This document shows positions 32,132-44,112 of a stretch of DNA of 64,000 nt, piece after piece. Source of the stretch: an uncultured delta proteobacterium (lineage in GTDB: Bacteria > Desulfobacterota > Binatia > Binatales > Binataceae); NCBI GenBank assembly GCA_963842085.1, contig CAWJET010000001.1, forward strand, positions 1,664,001 through 1,728,000, written 5' to 3'. The first letter of the stretch is position 1, and every line of letters begins with the position of its first letter. The translations under genes were made by a program, and so were the position numbers. The notes beneath the pieces were generated by a model. The model ran no database searches, had not been told where the DNA came from, and worked only from the letters and a program-made list of their open reading frames with translations.

Positions 32132-32171
32132 GGCCACGGGTTTTGAAAAATCCGTGGCCGCTTTGTTTTTT
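32130..32171 (+). terminator. Strong intrinsic terminator upstream of the ABC exporter
   Basis: GCGGCCACGGG-TTTTGAAAAA-TCCGTGGCCGC-TTTGTTTTTT. Confidence 0.8.
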
Positions 32172-32210
32172 CCGGATAACAACGCGCACGCGTTGAAGGC
32201 AGGCAATCCG

Positions 32211-32951
32211 ATGCTGGTAGAAGTGGAAAACTTGAGCAAGACGTTCGGCGAGTTTCTCGCCGTCGATAACGTGAGCTTCGCGATCGAGCGCGGCGAGATT
32301 ATCGGGATGCTCGGGCCGAACGGGGCCGGCAAGACGACGACGATTCACATGATCCTGGGGCTGATCACGCCGACCTCGGGGCGCATCAGCATTTTCGGGA
32401 AGTCGATGGGGACGCATCGCGGGGAAATCCTCGAGCAGGTGAACTTCACATCGCCGTACGTGGCGTTTCCGTTCCGGCTGACGGTGCTCGAGAACCTGAT
32501 GGTGTTCGCGCGCATCTACAACCTGAAAAAGCCGCGCGCGCGAATCGACGAGCTGCTCGAGCTGTTCGGGATCACCAAGCTGCGCGACAAGGCGATCTCG
32601 GGGTTGTCGTCGGGCGAGAACACGCGCGTCGGGCTGTGCAAGGCGTTCATGAACGATCCGCAACTGCTGCTGCTCGACGAGCCGACCGCGTACCTCGATC
32701 CCGAGATCGCGTGGCAGGTGAAGAACGCGCTGCTCGAGGCGCAGCGCGAAAAAGGGACGACGATTCTGTACACCTCGCACAACATGGAAGAGGTGGAGCG
32801 GATGTGTAAGCGGATAATTTTTCTGCATCACGGGAAAGTGATCGCGGCGGGCAGTCCGATAGAAATCACGCAATCGATCCTCGAAGAGGAACGCGAGGAA
32901 CCGGCGCTGGAAGAGGTTTTCCTGCGCGTGGTCAAGGGCAAAGCAGCATGA
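32211..32951 (+). CDS. ABC-2 type exporter ATP-binding protein
   Basis: GPNGAGKTT, LSSGE, LLLDEPT, SH switch. Confidence 0.95.
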   Translation: MLVEVENLSKTFGEFLAVDNVSFAIERGEIIGMLGPNGAGKTTTIHMILGLITPTSGRISIFGKSMGTHRGEILEQVNFTSPYVAFPFRLTVLENLMVFARIYNLKKPRARIDELLELFGITKLRDKAISGLSSGENTRVGLCKAFMNDPQLLLLDEPTAYLDPEIAWQVKNALLEAQREKGTTILYTSHNMEEVERMCKRIIFLHHGKVIAAGSPIEITQSILEEEREEPALEEVFLRVVKGKAA

Positions 32952-33736
32952 AGGTACATCGCATCAACGCCGTGATCGTGCGGCATGTGTATGAGTCGCG
33001 GCGCAACTTCGATCGCGTCATCGACATGGTCTGGTGGCCGGTGCTCGACATCATCATGTGGGGCTTTTTCACGGTTTACCTGTCGCACAGCAACCGGCTG
33101 CAGCCGACCGTAGTTAGCTGCCTGCTCGGCGCGGTAATTCTGTGGGGAACCTTTTACAGCTTTCAGCGCGACATGGCGGTCGGTTTCATCGACGACCTGT
33201 GGTGCCGCAACCTGATCAACCTGTTCTCGACGCCGTTGACGCTGGCGGAATACACGGCCGGACTTATCACGGTGTGCATTCTGAAGGTGATGGTCGGCCT
33301 GCTCGCGGCGTCGGCGATCGCGTGGGCGGCGTACTCGTTCGACATCTTTCCGTGGCTGCCGAAATTCATTCCCTACATGGCGAACCTGTTGTTCTTCGCG
33401 CTCGCGCTGGGAATAGCGATCACGGGAATGATCTTTCGCTACACGACAAAAATCCAGGCGCTGGCGTGGAGCTTCGCAGGGCTGCTGATGCCGGTGTCGT
33501 GCGTGATGTATCCGATGTCGTCGCTGCCGAAGTGGTTGCAGGACATCGCGTGGATGCTGCCGACAACGCATTCGTTCGAAGGGATGCGCGCCGTTCTGGC
33601 CGGCAAGGGATTTTCGCCGATGCATTTCTGGTGGGGCGCCGGCTTGAACGTTATATACTTCGCACTGGCGATCGTGTTCTTCGGCTGGATCTTCGAGAAA
33701 GCGCGCACCCGGGGATTGTTGGTCAAGCAGGAATAG
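32948..33736 (+). CDS. ABC-2 type permease
   Basis: Six TM segments; YPMSSLPKWLQ..AWMLPTT; ATGA overlap. Confidence 0.92.
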   Translation: MKVHRINAVIVRHVYESRRNFDRVIDMVWWPVLDIIMWGFFTVYLSHSNRLQPTVVSCLLGAVILWGTFYSFQRDMAVGFIDDLWCRNLINLFSTPLTLAEYTAGLITVCILKVMVGLLAASAIAWAAYSFDIFPWLPKFIPYMANLLFFALALGIAITGMIFRYTTKIQALAWSFAGLLMPVSCVMYPMSSLPKWLQDIAWMLPTTHSFEGMRAVLAGKGFSPMHFWWGAGLNVIYFALAIVFFGWIFEKARTRGLLVKQE

Positions 33737-33905
33737 GCGGCGATGCGGGGCGCGATGGTTTTCGCTTTTGCTCTTGTGTGGCGGCGTTTTATCTTCCGCG
33801 GTCCGTTTCAGATTTGGATTGGACGCTAATTTTGCGCCGCACGGACTTCAACTGGCGTCGACTGTGTTTCGTCGCTTAAAAGAGCACCGACGCCACATTT
33901 TTTTC

Positions 33906-33953
33906 TTGCGATTTCGATGAAATTTGCACTTATGAGCACGTTGCAATTTGAAA
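33906..33953 (+). promoter_or_regulatory. Putative enhancer (UAS) sites for a sigma54 activator
   Basis: Related imperfect palindromes TTGCGATTTCGAT, ATGAAATTTGCAC and TTGCAATTTGAAA, about 55-100 bp upstream of the -24 element. Confidence 0.45.
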
Positions 33954-34004
33954 GGTCCCGCGGCCAGTGAACTGGAAACCGCTTGTGTAACAGACATTTC
34001 TGCA

Positions 34005-34021
34005 TTGGCACGCACGATGCT
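34005..34021 (+). promoter_or_regulatory. Sigma54 (-24/-12) promoter of the kdp operon
   Basis: TTGGCACGCACGATGCT with exact GG-N10-GC spacing (GG 34007-8, GC 34019-20). Confidence 0.8.
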
Positions 34022-34064
34022 GTTAGCACCGTCGGAAGAGATGGGACGGAGGCCAGCAGTTCAA

Positions 34065-34412
34065 ATGTATCAACCCGTGGCAGCAGCGACGATGCGCCAT
34101 TCGTTTGCAATAAAGTTGCTCGACAGACTCCCCGGGCTGTTCGGGGCCCGTCGATACCTGTATCACTGCGCGCGCTGCAAGTGGTCCTTCATCGTCAACG
34201 ACGGCCGCCGCGGTGTGCTGACTCCGATTGACGAACATGGCCAGCCACTCGCGCACGACGAGGCCGCCGCACGTGCCGCGACCTTTGCGCTTGGCCCCTG
34301 CCCGGCGATGCGCAGGTTGGCGGGGGCGCACTCACACATGAGCGGCTCGAACGGCGCCGCTCTCCGGTTACCTGAAGAGCACCCAGCTCAAGCCGAACCG
34401 CGTCCGCGCTGA
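34065..34412 (+). CDS. Hypothetical Cys-motif protein, first gene after the sigma54 promoter
   Basis: GGAGG at 34048-52; YHCARCKWSF and GPCP. Alternative in-frame ATG at 34041. Confidence 0.6.
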   Translation: MYQPVAAATMRHSFAIKLLDRLPGLFGARRYLYHCARCKWSFIVNDGRRGVLTPIDEHGQPLAHDEAAARAATFALGPCPAMRRLAGAHSHMSGSNGAALRLPEEHPAQAEPRPR

Positions 34413-34449
34413 AAATTCGCACTAAACTCAATTAGCTCTGGACACTGCT

Positions 34450-34533
34450 ATGTGGGATTTGATTACGATTCTCGGCAGCGTCGCATTTTTTGCGATCGCG
34501 ATCGCCTACGTTTGGGGGTGCGAAAAGTTATGA
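34450..34533 (+). CDS. 27-aa hydrophobic kdp-associated micropeptide
   Basis: MWDLITILGSVAFFAIAIAYVWGCEKL*; ATGA overlap with kdpF. Confidence 0.75.
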   Translation: MWDLITILGSVAFFAIAIAYVWGCEKL

Positions 34534-34622
34534 GCCCGGTCGAAACCGTTCTCGGAGGGGTGTGCGCCGTCCTGCTGGGCGCTTACTTGATTTACGCGTT
34601 GCTCCGCCCGGAACGATTCTGA
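34530..34622 (+). CDS. kdpF: K+-transporting ATPase subunit F
   Basis: MSPVETVLGGVCAVLLGAYLIYALLRPERF*, with the canonical YLxYALLRPERF end. Confidence 0.92.
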   Translation: MSPVETVLGGVCAVLLGAYLIYALLRPERF

Positions 34623-34646
34623 GTCGCGCCAGCCGGTACTATTTGC

Positions 34647-36374
34647 ATGCTATCCAATTCGGTGATCCAGCTTGTTGCTTTCTTTCTGCTCTTCACTGCC
34701 ATCAGCGTGCCGCTCGGTCTCTACATGGCGCGCGTGTTCTCGCATGAGCACACTTTTCTCGACCCGGTGCTGACGCCAATCGAGCGATCGATTTACAAGC
34801 TCTGTGGGATAACCCCCACCGTCGAGACGGGCTGGGCGGGCTACACGATTTCGATGCTCGCGTTCAGCCTGATCTCGATGGTCTTCCTGTACGCGTTGCA
34901 GCGGCTGCAGTACTATCTGCCGCTGAATCCGCAGGGGATGGCCGGGGTGCCGCCGGGACTGGCCTTCAACACTGCCGCGAGCTTCACGACCAACACCAAC
35001 TGGCAGGCATACTCGGGCGAGCAGACGCTGAGTTACCTGACGCAGATGATCGGGCTGACGTCGCACAACTTTCTCTCGGCGGCGGCCGGAATCGCGATGG
35101 CGGCGGCGGTGATTCGCGGGTTCGCGCGGCGCAGCGCAAAGACGATCGGCAACTTCTGGGTCGATCTTACGCGCACGACGTTGTGGGTGCTGATGCCACT
35201 CTCGATCATCTTCGCCCTCGTCCTGGTTTGGCAGGGCGTGCCGGACAACTTCAGTCCGTACGTGAATGCGAAGACGCTCGAGGGCGCCACGCAAACGATC
35301 GCCGAAGGGCCGGTGGCGTCGCAGGAAATAATCAAGGAGCTCGGCACCAACGGCGGCGGCTTCATGAATGCCAACTCCGCGCATCCGTACGAGAATCCAA
35401 CCCCGCTGACGAACCTGCTCGAGATGCTCGCGATCTTCTCGATTGGCGCGGCTCTGACTCATACCTTCGGCAAGATGGTGGGCGACCGCCGCCAGGGATG
35501 GGCGCTGTTCGCGGTGATGGCGATCCTGTTTCTCGCCGGTGCGGCGCCCGCGATGTGGGCCGAGCAACACGGCAATCCGCAACTCAGCAAGTTGGGGATC
35601 GATCAGCATGCCTCCGCGACGCAAAGCGGCGGCAACATGGAGGGCAAGGAAGTCCGCAACGGAATCGTCGAGTCAGCGATGTGGGCGACCGTCACCACCG
35701 ACACCTCATGCGGCGCCGTCAACTCGATGCACGACAGCTACACGCCGCTCGGCGGGCTGGTGCCGCTGGTCAACATGCAGCTTGGCGAGGTGATCTTCGG
35801 CGGCGTCGGTTCGGGCCTGTACGGGATGATCGTGATGGCCGTGCTGGCGGTGTTTATCGCGGGCCTGATGGTCGGGCGGACGCCCGAGTACCTGGGCAAG
35901 AAAATCGAGGCACGGGAAATGAAGCTCGCGATGCTCTACGTGCTGATCTTCCCCTCAGTCATTCTGATACCGACCGCTATCGGGGCCGTCATACCGGCCG
36001 GCCTGTCGAGCATTTCCAATCCCGGCCCGCACGGCTTGTCGCAAATCCTCTACGCGTTCACGGAAGCAAGCGCAAACAACGGCTCTGCCTTCGCGGGCCT
36101 CAATGCGAACGTGCCCTTCTACAACGTGACCATGGCGTTCGTGATGCTGCTGGGCAGGTTCATGATGGCAATCCCGGCGCTCGCGATCGCCGGCTCGGTC
36201 GCGGCCAAAAAAACCACCGCCGCCAGCGCCGGGACCTTCCCGACCGACGGCGTCCCGTTCGTGTTCCTGCTGATTGGCGTAATCCTGATCGTCGGCGCCT
36301 TGACATTTTTCTGCGCCGACGCACTCGGACCGATCGTCGAGCAACTGCTGATGATGTCCGGGAAACTCTTCTAG
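34647..36374 (+). CDS. kdpA: K+-transporting ATPase subunit A
   Basis: [39 protein letters not shown]. Confidence 0.98.
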   Translation: MLSNSVIQLVAFFLLFTAISVPLGLYMARVFSHEHTFLDPVLTPIERSIYKLCGITPTVETGWAGYTISMLAFSLISMVFLYALQRLQYYLPLNPQGMAGVPPGLAFNTAASFTTNTNWQAYSGEQTLSYLTQMIGLTSHNFLSAAAGIAMAAAVIRGFARRSAKTIGNFWVDLTRTTLWVLMPLSIIFALVLVWQGVPDNFSPYVNAKTLEGATQTIAEGPVASQEIIKELGTNGGGFMNANSAHPYENPTPLTNLLEMLAIFSIGAALTHTFGKMVGDRRQGWALFAVMAILFLAGAAPAMWAEQHGNPQLSKLGIDQHASATQSGGNMEGKEVRNGIVESAMWATVTTDTSCGAVNSMHDSYTPLGGLVPLVNMQLGEVIFGGVGSGLYGMIVMAVLAVFIAGLMVGRTPEYLGKKIEAREMKLAMLYVLIFPSVILIPTAIGAVIPAGLSSISNPGPHGLSQILYAFTEASANNGSAFAGLNANVPFYNVTMAFVMLLGRFMMAIPALAIAGSVAAKKTTAASAGTFPTDGVPFVFLLIGVILIVGALTFFCADALGPIVEQLLMMSGKLF

Positions 36375-36390
36375 GTCTGGTGCTTCAAAC

Positions 36391-38433
<2,043 letters not shown>

Positions 38434-38443
38434 GGTCAATTCA

Positions 38444-39043
38444 GTGCGAACATTCATAACGGCACTCTTTGCGACCATCGTGCTCACCGTCCTCACCGGC
38501 ATCGTTTATCCGCTGGCAATCTGGGCCCTTGCGCAAACGATCTTCCCGGCCCAGGCAGGCGGCAGCCTGGTCGTTGCGGGCGACAAGGTGGTCGGCTCGA
38601 GCCTGATCGGGCAGAATTTCTCGTCGCCCCGCTATTTTCAGGGCCGTCCTTCCGCCGCCGGCGACAAGGGCTACGACGCCGCCAACTCGGGCGGCTCGAA
38701 TCTCGGGCCGACCAACAAGGCGCTGATCGACGCGGTCAAGTTGCGGCTGAAGAGCGTCATCGAAAGCAATCCAGGCACCGATCCGCACCAGGTTCCGATC
38801 GACCTGGTGACGGCTTCGGGCAGTGGCCTCGATCCCGAGATAAGCCCGGCGGCCGCCGACCTGCAGGTAGAACGTGTTGCCCACGCGCGCGGCATAAGCG
38901 AAGATCAGGTCCGGCGCTTGATTGCTGAAAACACGCGGCCGCGAGTGGCCGGAATCTTCGGCGAGCCCGGCGTAAATGTGCTGCTGCTGAACCTGGCACT
39001 CGATCGCGCCACCGGAGGTCATGGCGGAACTCCCGGGACTTGA
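38444..39043 (+). CDS. kdpC: K+-transporting ATPase subunit C
   Basis: GSSLIGQ, YFQGRPS, LVTASGSGLDPEIS, VNVLLLNLALD. Confidence 0.97.
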   Translation: MRTFITALFATIVLTVLTGIVYPLAIWALAQTIFPAQAGGSLVVAGDKVVGSSLIGQNFSSPRYFQGRPSAAGDKGYDAANSGGSNLGPTNKALIDAVKLRLKSVIESNPGTDPHQVPIDLVTASGSGLDPEISPAAADLQVERVAHARGISEDQVRRLIAENTRPRVAGIFGEPGVNVLLLNLALDRATGGHGGTPGT

Positions 39044-40204
39044 ATGAACGATGACAAACGACTTGAGCCCGAAGATTTTCTCGACCTGGCGCCCCAGCCT
39101 CAACGGGGACGGCTCAAAGTCTACATCGGCGCCGCCGCGGGCGTAGGCAAAACATACCGAATGCTCGAGGAGGCGCACCAACTCCGCGATCGGGGAGTGG
39201 ATGTCGTGCTCGGCTTCATTGAAACCCATCGCCGCCGCGAGACCGAGGAGCGGATTGGCGATCTCGAGATAGTTCCGCGCCGCAAGATTTCGTACAAGGA
39301 AGTTACCCTGGAAGAGATGGACGTCGAGGCAATCATCGCGCGCAAGCCCGACGTGGTGGTCGTCGACGAGCTCGCGCATAGCAACGCCCCCGGCTCGCGC
39401 CACCCAAAACGCTACCAGGACGTCGAGGAGCTCATCGGCACCGGCATCAACGTGATTACCGCCATCAACATCCAGCACGTCGAGAGCCTCAACGCGTTGA
39501 TGAAGCGCGTAACCGGCATCGAGGTGCGCGAGACGGTGCCGGATTCGTTCCTCGCGCGCGCCGATCAAATCGTCAACATCGACGTCGCGGTGGAGGCGCT
39601 GCGCGAACGGTTGCGCGAGGGCAAGATTTACCCGCAAGAGCAGATCGAAAACGCGCTCAAGAATTTTTTCAAGCCGAGCAATCTCGCTTCGCTGCGGGAA
39701 CTGGCGCTGCGCGAGGTCGCGCGCAGTCTCGACCGCCAGCGGATGGATCGCGAGTCGCTCAAGCGCGAAGGCGGCCACCGCGCCAACGTGATCGAGCGCA
39801 TCATGGTCGGACTTTCGTCCAACGCCGCCGACACCGGACAGCTGCTGCGCAAGGCTTCGCGCATCGCCGGGCAGCTCAACGCCGAATGGTTCGCCGTGCA
39901 CATCGAGACGCCCGCCGAGTCGGTGAGAAATATCGGCACCAGCGACTTCGTCGCGCTGCTCAACAACATCAACGTCGCCAGCGACCTCGGCGCCGAAACG
40001 GTGTGGCTCAAGTCCGACGATGTGGTCAAGGCGTTGATCGACTTCGCGCACGACAAGGGCGTGTCGAAGCTAATCGTCGGCCGGACCCATCAGCCGCGAT
40101 GGCGGCGGTGGCTCAAGGGCGACGTGGTGGCGCGGCTGGTTGCCGACGCGACCGACCTCGACGTGGAAATCGTCGCGACCGACGAACGGGAGGAATCGCG
40201 ATGA
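39044..40204 (+). CDS. Stand-alone KdpD N-terminal sensor plus USP domain (no TM or kinase part)
   Basis: RGRLKVYIGAAAGVGKTYRML, VDELAHSN, LRELALR; USP domain at the C-terminus. Confidence 0.92.
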   Translation: MNDDKRLEPEDFLDLAPQPQRGRLKVYIGAAAGVGKTYRMLEEAHQLRDRGVDVVLGFIETHRRRETEERIGDLEIVPRRKISYKEVTLEEMDVEAIIARKPDVVVVDELAHSNAPGSRHPKRYQDVEELIGTGINVITAINIQHVESLNALMKRVTGIEVRETVPDSFLARADQIVNIDVAVEALRERLREGKIYPQEQIENALKNFFKPSNLASLRELALREVARSLDRQRMDRESLKREGGHRANVIERIMVGLSSNAADTGQLLRKASRIAGQLNAEWFAVHIETPAESVRNIGTSDFVALLNNINVASDLGAETVWLKSDDVVKALIDFAHDKGVSKLIVGRTHQPRWRRWLKGDVVARLVADATDLDVEIVATDEREESR

Positions 40205-41988
40205 ACGCACCCTCGCTGCAACGCCGTATCCGCAACGGCACGTTGCTGATGCTGGCGTTGGTCGTTCTGCTGGGCCTCTACACCCTGCCGCGAGTGTACG
40301 CGCTGGGCGGCGCAATCCGCGCGACCCTCTATCGCAACTACGTCAGCATCGAGGCCGCGCAGAACATGCACGCCGCGCTCAACACGCTGCAAGTGGCGGA
40401 GCACGACGGCCGCGCCAGGGACGTTCTGCCCAGCGCGCGGGACAATTTTTTGCAGTGGAACGACGTCGAGGATCACAACTTTACTGAAGTTGGCGAGCCC
40501 GAACTCGCCGCCGATATCACGCGGCGCGCCAACCAGTTGTTCGCCGACGTCGCCGCGGCCCCGCCCGGCACTTATCACGATCGCGAATTCGCCGAGTTGC
40601 ACGGGCGCCTCGACGATCTGATCGCCATGAACAAGGCGGCCATGTTCCGCGCGGACAGCCGCTCGGTAATGCTGGGCAAGCACCTTGCGTACGAATTCGC
40701 CGGCGGCCTGGTGCTGGTGCTGTTGGTGGGCGCCGCGGTTTCGTGGGGTCTCGGATGGCGCCTCTCCCAGCCGCTGACAGAGCTCGCGGAGCGCCTGCGC
40801 GGAATCAGCCAGCGCAAGTCGCAGGTGCGCCTGGGACCGCAGCCGCTCGCCGAGCTCGAGGCGGTCGCACGCGAATTCAATCAGATGGCCGAGCGCCTGG
40901 AACAGTACGACAAGCTCAACGTCGAGCGGCTGGTTTACGAAAAGAGCAAGACCGAGGCGATCATCGAGAGTCTTGAAGACGGCGTCGTGCTAATCGACGC
41001 GGACGGAATAGTCGCGCACATCAATGAGATCGCGTCGCTGATCCTGGGTGTCGATCCCCAGGACGCGCTCGGCAGTCCGTTCGACGATCTCAGCAGCAAC
41101 CATCCGCACTACCTGCGCGTGCGCGACGCGCTGCGCACGCTTCAGCGGGCCGGCCCGGACGGCCACCGCACTGAAATCGACCTTCACGTTCGCGGCCGCG
41201 AGCACTCTTACGTGCTGAAGCCGGTCCCGCTTCATCATACCGTCGGCAAGTCGCTCGGCACGCTGCTGATTCTGCAGGACGTGACCTACATCCGCGATCA
41301 GGATCGCGCGCGCACCAACCTGGTCGCCACCTTGTCGCACGAGCTCAGGACACCGCTCACCTCGCTCGCGCTGTCGGCGGAACTGCTGAGCCGCGATATG
41401 CCGGAGTCAAATCCCAAGAACCGCGAACTGCTGCAGGTAATCCTCGAAGAGTGTGTGCGGATGCGTCAACTTACCGACAACCTGCTCAACCTCGCGCGGG
41501 GCGAAGTGCCCGCGATCGCCGTCCAGCAGAAGCGTCTGGATCTTGCCCGGCTGGCTTCCGAGGTGACCAGGCGCTTCGCAATCCAGGCGCGCGAGAAGCA
41601 CGTCGAGCTCGAGGAGCACATCGGCCCGGTGCCCGAGATCATCGGCGACCCGGTCAAGCTCTCGTGGGTGATTTCAAACCTGCTCGGCAACGCGCTGCGC
41701 TACACTCCCGCCGGCGGGATCATCAAGGTGTCGGCGCTCGGCACCGAGCAGGCCACGCGGCTGGAAGTCACCGACTCGGGGCCGGGCATTCCAGCCGATA
41801 TGAAAGACTATATTTTCGAGCGCTTCGTGCAGTATGGTTCCGACGGCTTCGAAAAAGGATCGGCCGGCCTGGGTTTGTCGATCGTCAAGGAAATCGTCGA
41901 GGCCCACGGCGGCAGGATTTTCGTCGAGAGCGCCAACTCTCACGGCGCCCGCTTCATCGTCGAAATCCCGGCCGCGCAGGAGGCTTGA
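40201..41988 (+). CDS. Sensor histidine kinase (TM-HAMP-PAS-HisKA), KinB-like
   Basis: LSHELRTPLTS, NLLGNALRY, DSGPGI, GLGLSI. Confidence 0.93.
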   Translation: MNAPSLQRRIRNGTLLMLALVVLLGLYTLPRVYALGGAIRATLYRNYVSIEAAQNMHAALNTLQVAEHDGRARDVLPSARDNFLQWNDVEDHNFTEVGEPELAADITRRANQLFADVAAAPPGTYHDREFAELHGRLDDLIAMNKAAMFRADSRSVMLGKHLAYEFAGGLVLVLLVGAAVSWGLGWRLSQPLTELAERLRGISQRKSQVRLGPQPLAELEAVAREFNQMAERLEQYDKLNVERLVYEKSKTEAIIESLEDGVVLIDADGIVAHINEIASLILGVDPQDALGSPFDDLSSNHPHYLRVRDALRTLQRAGPDGHRTEIDLHVRGREHSYVLKPVPLHHTVGKSLGTLLILQDVTYIRDQDRARTNLVATLSHELRTPLTSLALSAELLSRDMPESNPKNRELLQVILEECVRMRQLTDNLLNLARGEVPAIAVQQKRLDLARLASEVTRRFAIQAREKHVELEEHIGPVPEIIGDPVKLSWVISNLLGNALRYTPAGGIIKVSALGTEQATRLEVTDSGPGIPADMKDYIFERFVQYGSDGFEKGSAGLGLSIVKEIVEAHGGRIFVESANSHGARFIVEIPAAQEA

Positions 41989-43319
41989 TGGCCAGGCTGC
42001 TCATCGTCGATGACGAGCGCAACATCCGCCGCAGCCTCACCGCGTTTTTCGAGTCGCTCGGCCACGAGGTTCGCGCCGCCGAGAACGGCGCGCAGGCGGT
42101 GGCGCTCCTGGTCGAGACGCAGTTCGAGCTGGTTCTGACCGACTACAAGATGGCCGAGATGAGTGGCCTCGAACTGCTGCGCGAAATCAAGCGGCGCCAG
42201 CCCGATTGCCTGGTGATCCTGATGACGGCGTTTGCGACCGTTGAAAATGCCGTCGAGGCGATGAAGTCCGGCGCCTACGACTATGTCACCAAGCCGTTCT
42301 CGCTCGAACAGATTAAGCACACCATCGATCGCGCTCTCCAGGTTCGCGTCCTGCAGGCGGAAAATCGCGCGCTCCGCAGCGCCATCGACGAGGAGCCGCT
42401 GCTCGAGTCCAGGAGCCCCGCGATGCAGCGCCTGCTCGAGACTGCCCGCCAGGCCGCCGCCAGCGATGCGACCATCCTGCTCACGGGCGAGAGCGGCACC
42501 GGCAAGAACGTTATCGCCCGGCAGATCCATCGATGGAGCCCCCGCCAAAACAAGCCGTTCATCGTCGTCAATTGCACCACGCTCTCCGAAGAACTGCTCG
42601 AGAGTGAGCTGTTCGGGCACGTGCGCGGCGCGTTCACCGGCGCGGTCAAGGACAAGCCGGGCAGGCTCGAGGCGGCCAACGGCGGCACCGTTTTCCTCGA
42701 CGAGATCGCCGACCTGACGCCGACCCTGCAGACCAAGTTCCTGCGCTTTCTGCAGGATCAGAACTTCGAGCGCGTCGGCGGCGAGGCAACCATTCACGTC
42801 GACGCGCGAATAATCGCCGCGTCCAATCGCGACCTCGACGCCGAAGTCGCCGCCCATCACTTCCGCGAGGATCTGTACTACCGCCTCAACGTCATCACCC
42901 TGCGCGTCCCTCCGCTGCGCGAACGCCGCGAGGATATTCTGCCGCTCGCGCAATGGCTGCTGAACGTCGCCGCCATACGCAATTCGCATCCCGGCCTCGC
43001 ATTTTCGCCTGGCGCGACCGCCGCGCTGATGCGTTACCGATGGCCCGGAAATGTGCGCGAGCTCCGCAACGCGATCGAACGCGGCACCGTCCTGATGCGC
43101 GGCCAGACCATCGCCCCCGACGACCTGCCCGATTCGCTGTTTCACGAATCGACCGAGGCCCTCGCCGGTATTCCCAACGCCGCCAGCCTCGATGAAGTCG
43201 AGCGCGAGCACATCGCGCGCGTCCTCGCCGGCAGCGCCACGCTGGAAGAAGCCGCCGACACACTAGGCATCAACGTAACAACCTTATGGCGCAAACGCCG
43301 CCGCTACGGAATCGAATAG
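41988..43319 (+). CDS. NtrC/AlgB-like sigma54-dependent response regulator
   Basis: Receiver domain, GESGTGK, GAFTGA, WPGNVREL, Fis-type HTH TLWRKRRRYGI. Confidence 0.95.
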   Translation: MARLLIVDDERNIRRSLTAFFESLGHEVRAAENGAQAVALLVETQFELVLTDYKMAEMSGLELLREIKRRQPDCLVILMTAFATVENAVEAMKSGAYDYVTKPFSLEQIKHTIDRALQVRVLQAENRALRSAIDEEPLLESRSPAMQRLLETARQAAASDATILLTGESGTGKNVIARQIHRWSPRQNKPFIVVNCTTLSEELLESELFGHVRGAFTGAVKDKPGRLEAANGGTVFLDEIADLTPTLQTKFLRFLQDQNFERVGGEATIHVDARIIAASNRDLDAEVAAHHFREDLYYRLNVITLRVPPLRERREDILPLAQWLLNVAAIRNSHPGLAFSPGATAALMRYRWPGNVRELRNAIERGTVLMRGQTIAPDDLPDSLFHESTEALAGIPNAASLDEVEREHIARVLAGSATLEEAADTLGINVTTLWRKRRRYGIE

Positions 43320-43420
43320 TCACTTCAATAGCCACTCGTGAATCTTCGAATAGCTAGACGGTTGCTCAACTAATAGGTAGTCGTCCGGCGACTGAACGAA
43401 TTTCCGCTGCCGCGCTCGGG

Positions 43421-43459
43421 TCCCTCGCCCGTTATTTCACGGGAGAGGTTAGATGAGGG
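43421..43459. repeat. REP-like palindrome, family B
   Basis: TCCCTCGCCCGT-TATTTC-ACGGGAGAGGTTAGATGAGGG. Confidence 0.55.
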
Positions 43460-43501
43460 TTCCGCGACCCGCAGAACGCCGAAAGAGAGCGCGCAATTGT
43501 A

Positions 43502-44017
43502 TCAATCCAGCTCAGCAAATTCGCGCAACCGTTCAAACCAAATCAACTTATCCCTAAATCCCGGAAAGCTCGCATTCAGTCCGCTCGGATTCGGCAGCAC
43601 AAACACCCGCGCGCCGAATATCCGCTCCTCCTTCGGACCCACACCAAAGCCCTGCGCGATTCCAAAAAATCTTCGGTAAATACTCACGCCCACGAATGCG
43701 ACCACCCTTGGCTGCACTCGTCGAATCTTTCGCGCGAGCACTTGTTGTCCTGCGCGCATTTCAGCCGTGCTCAGCTCGGCCGCGGCCCGCGTCGCCCGCG
43801 CGCACAGGTTAGTCATCGCCAGGTCGAATTCCACCAGCCGCGCATCGTCCTCGCACTTGAGTTGCTCGGGCACGAGCCGCGCCGCATGGAGCAGCCGCCA
43901 GAACGGATTGCCCGGGCTGGCGAAATGATGCCCCATCTGCGCCGACCGCAGACTCGGATTGATCCCGACGAACAAAATTCGCGGCCGCGGTTTCAGGATG
44001 TCGCGCAGTTTTGCCAT
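43502..44017 (-). CDS. mug: G/U mismatch-specific DNA glycosylase
   Basis: FVGINPS, GHHFASPGNPFW, LPNPSGLN. Confidence 0.9.
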   Translation of the reverse strand: MAKLRDILKPRPRILFVGINPSLRSAQMGHHFASPGNPFWRLLHAARLVPEQLKCEDDARLVEFDLAMTNLCARATRAAAELSTAEMRAGQQVLARKIRRVQPRVVAFVGVSIYRRFFGIAQGFGVGPKEERIFGARVFVLPNPSGLNASFPGFRDKLIWFERLREFAELD

Positions 44018-44112
44018 CTGCCGGATATTGGCACCTTCATCGCACTCGCGCTCGCTTGACCCGCCGCACGCGCTGCCGTAGCACAGTGAAAGAACCCAGG
44101 AGTACCGCCCCG

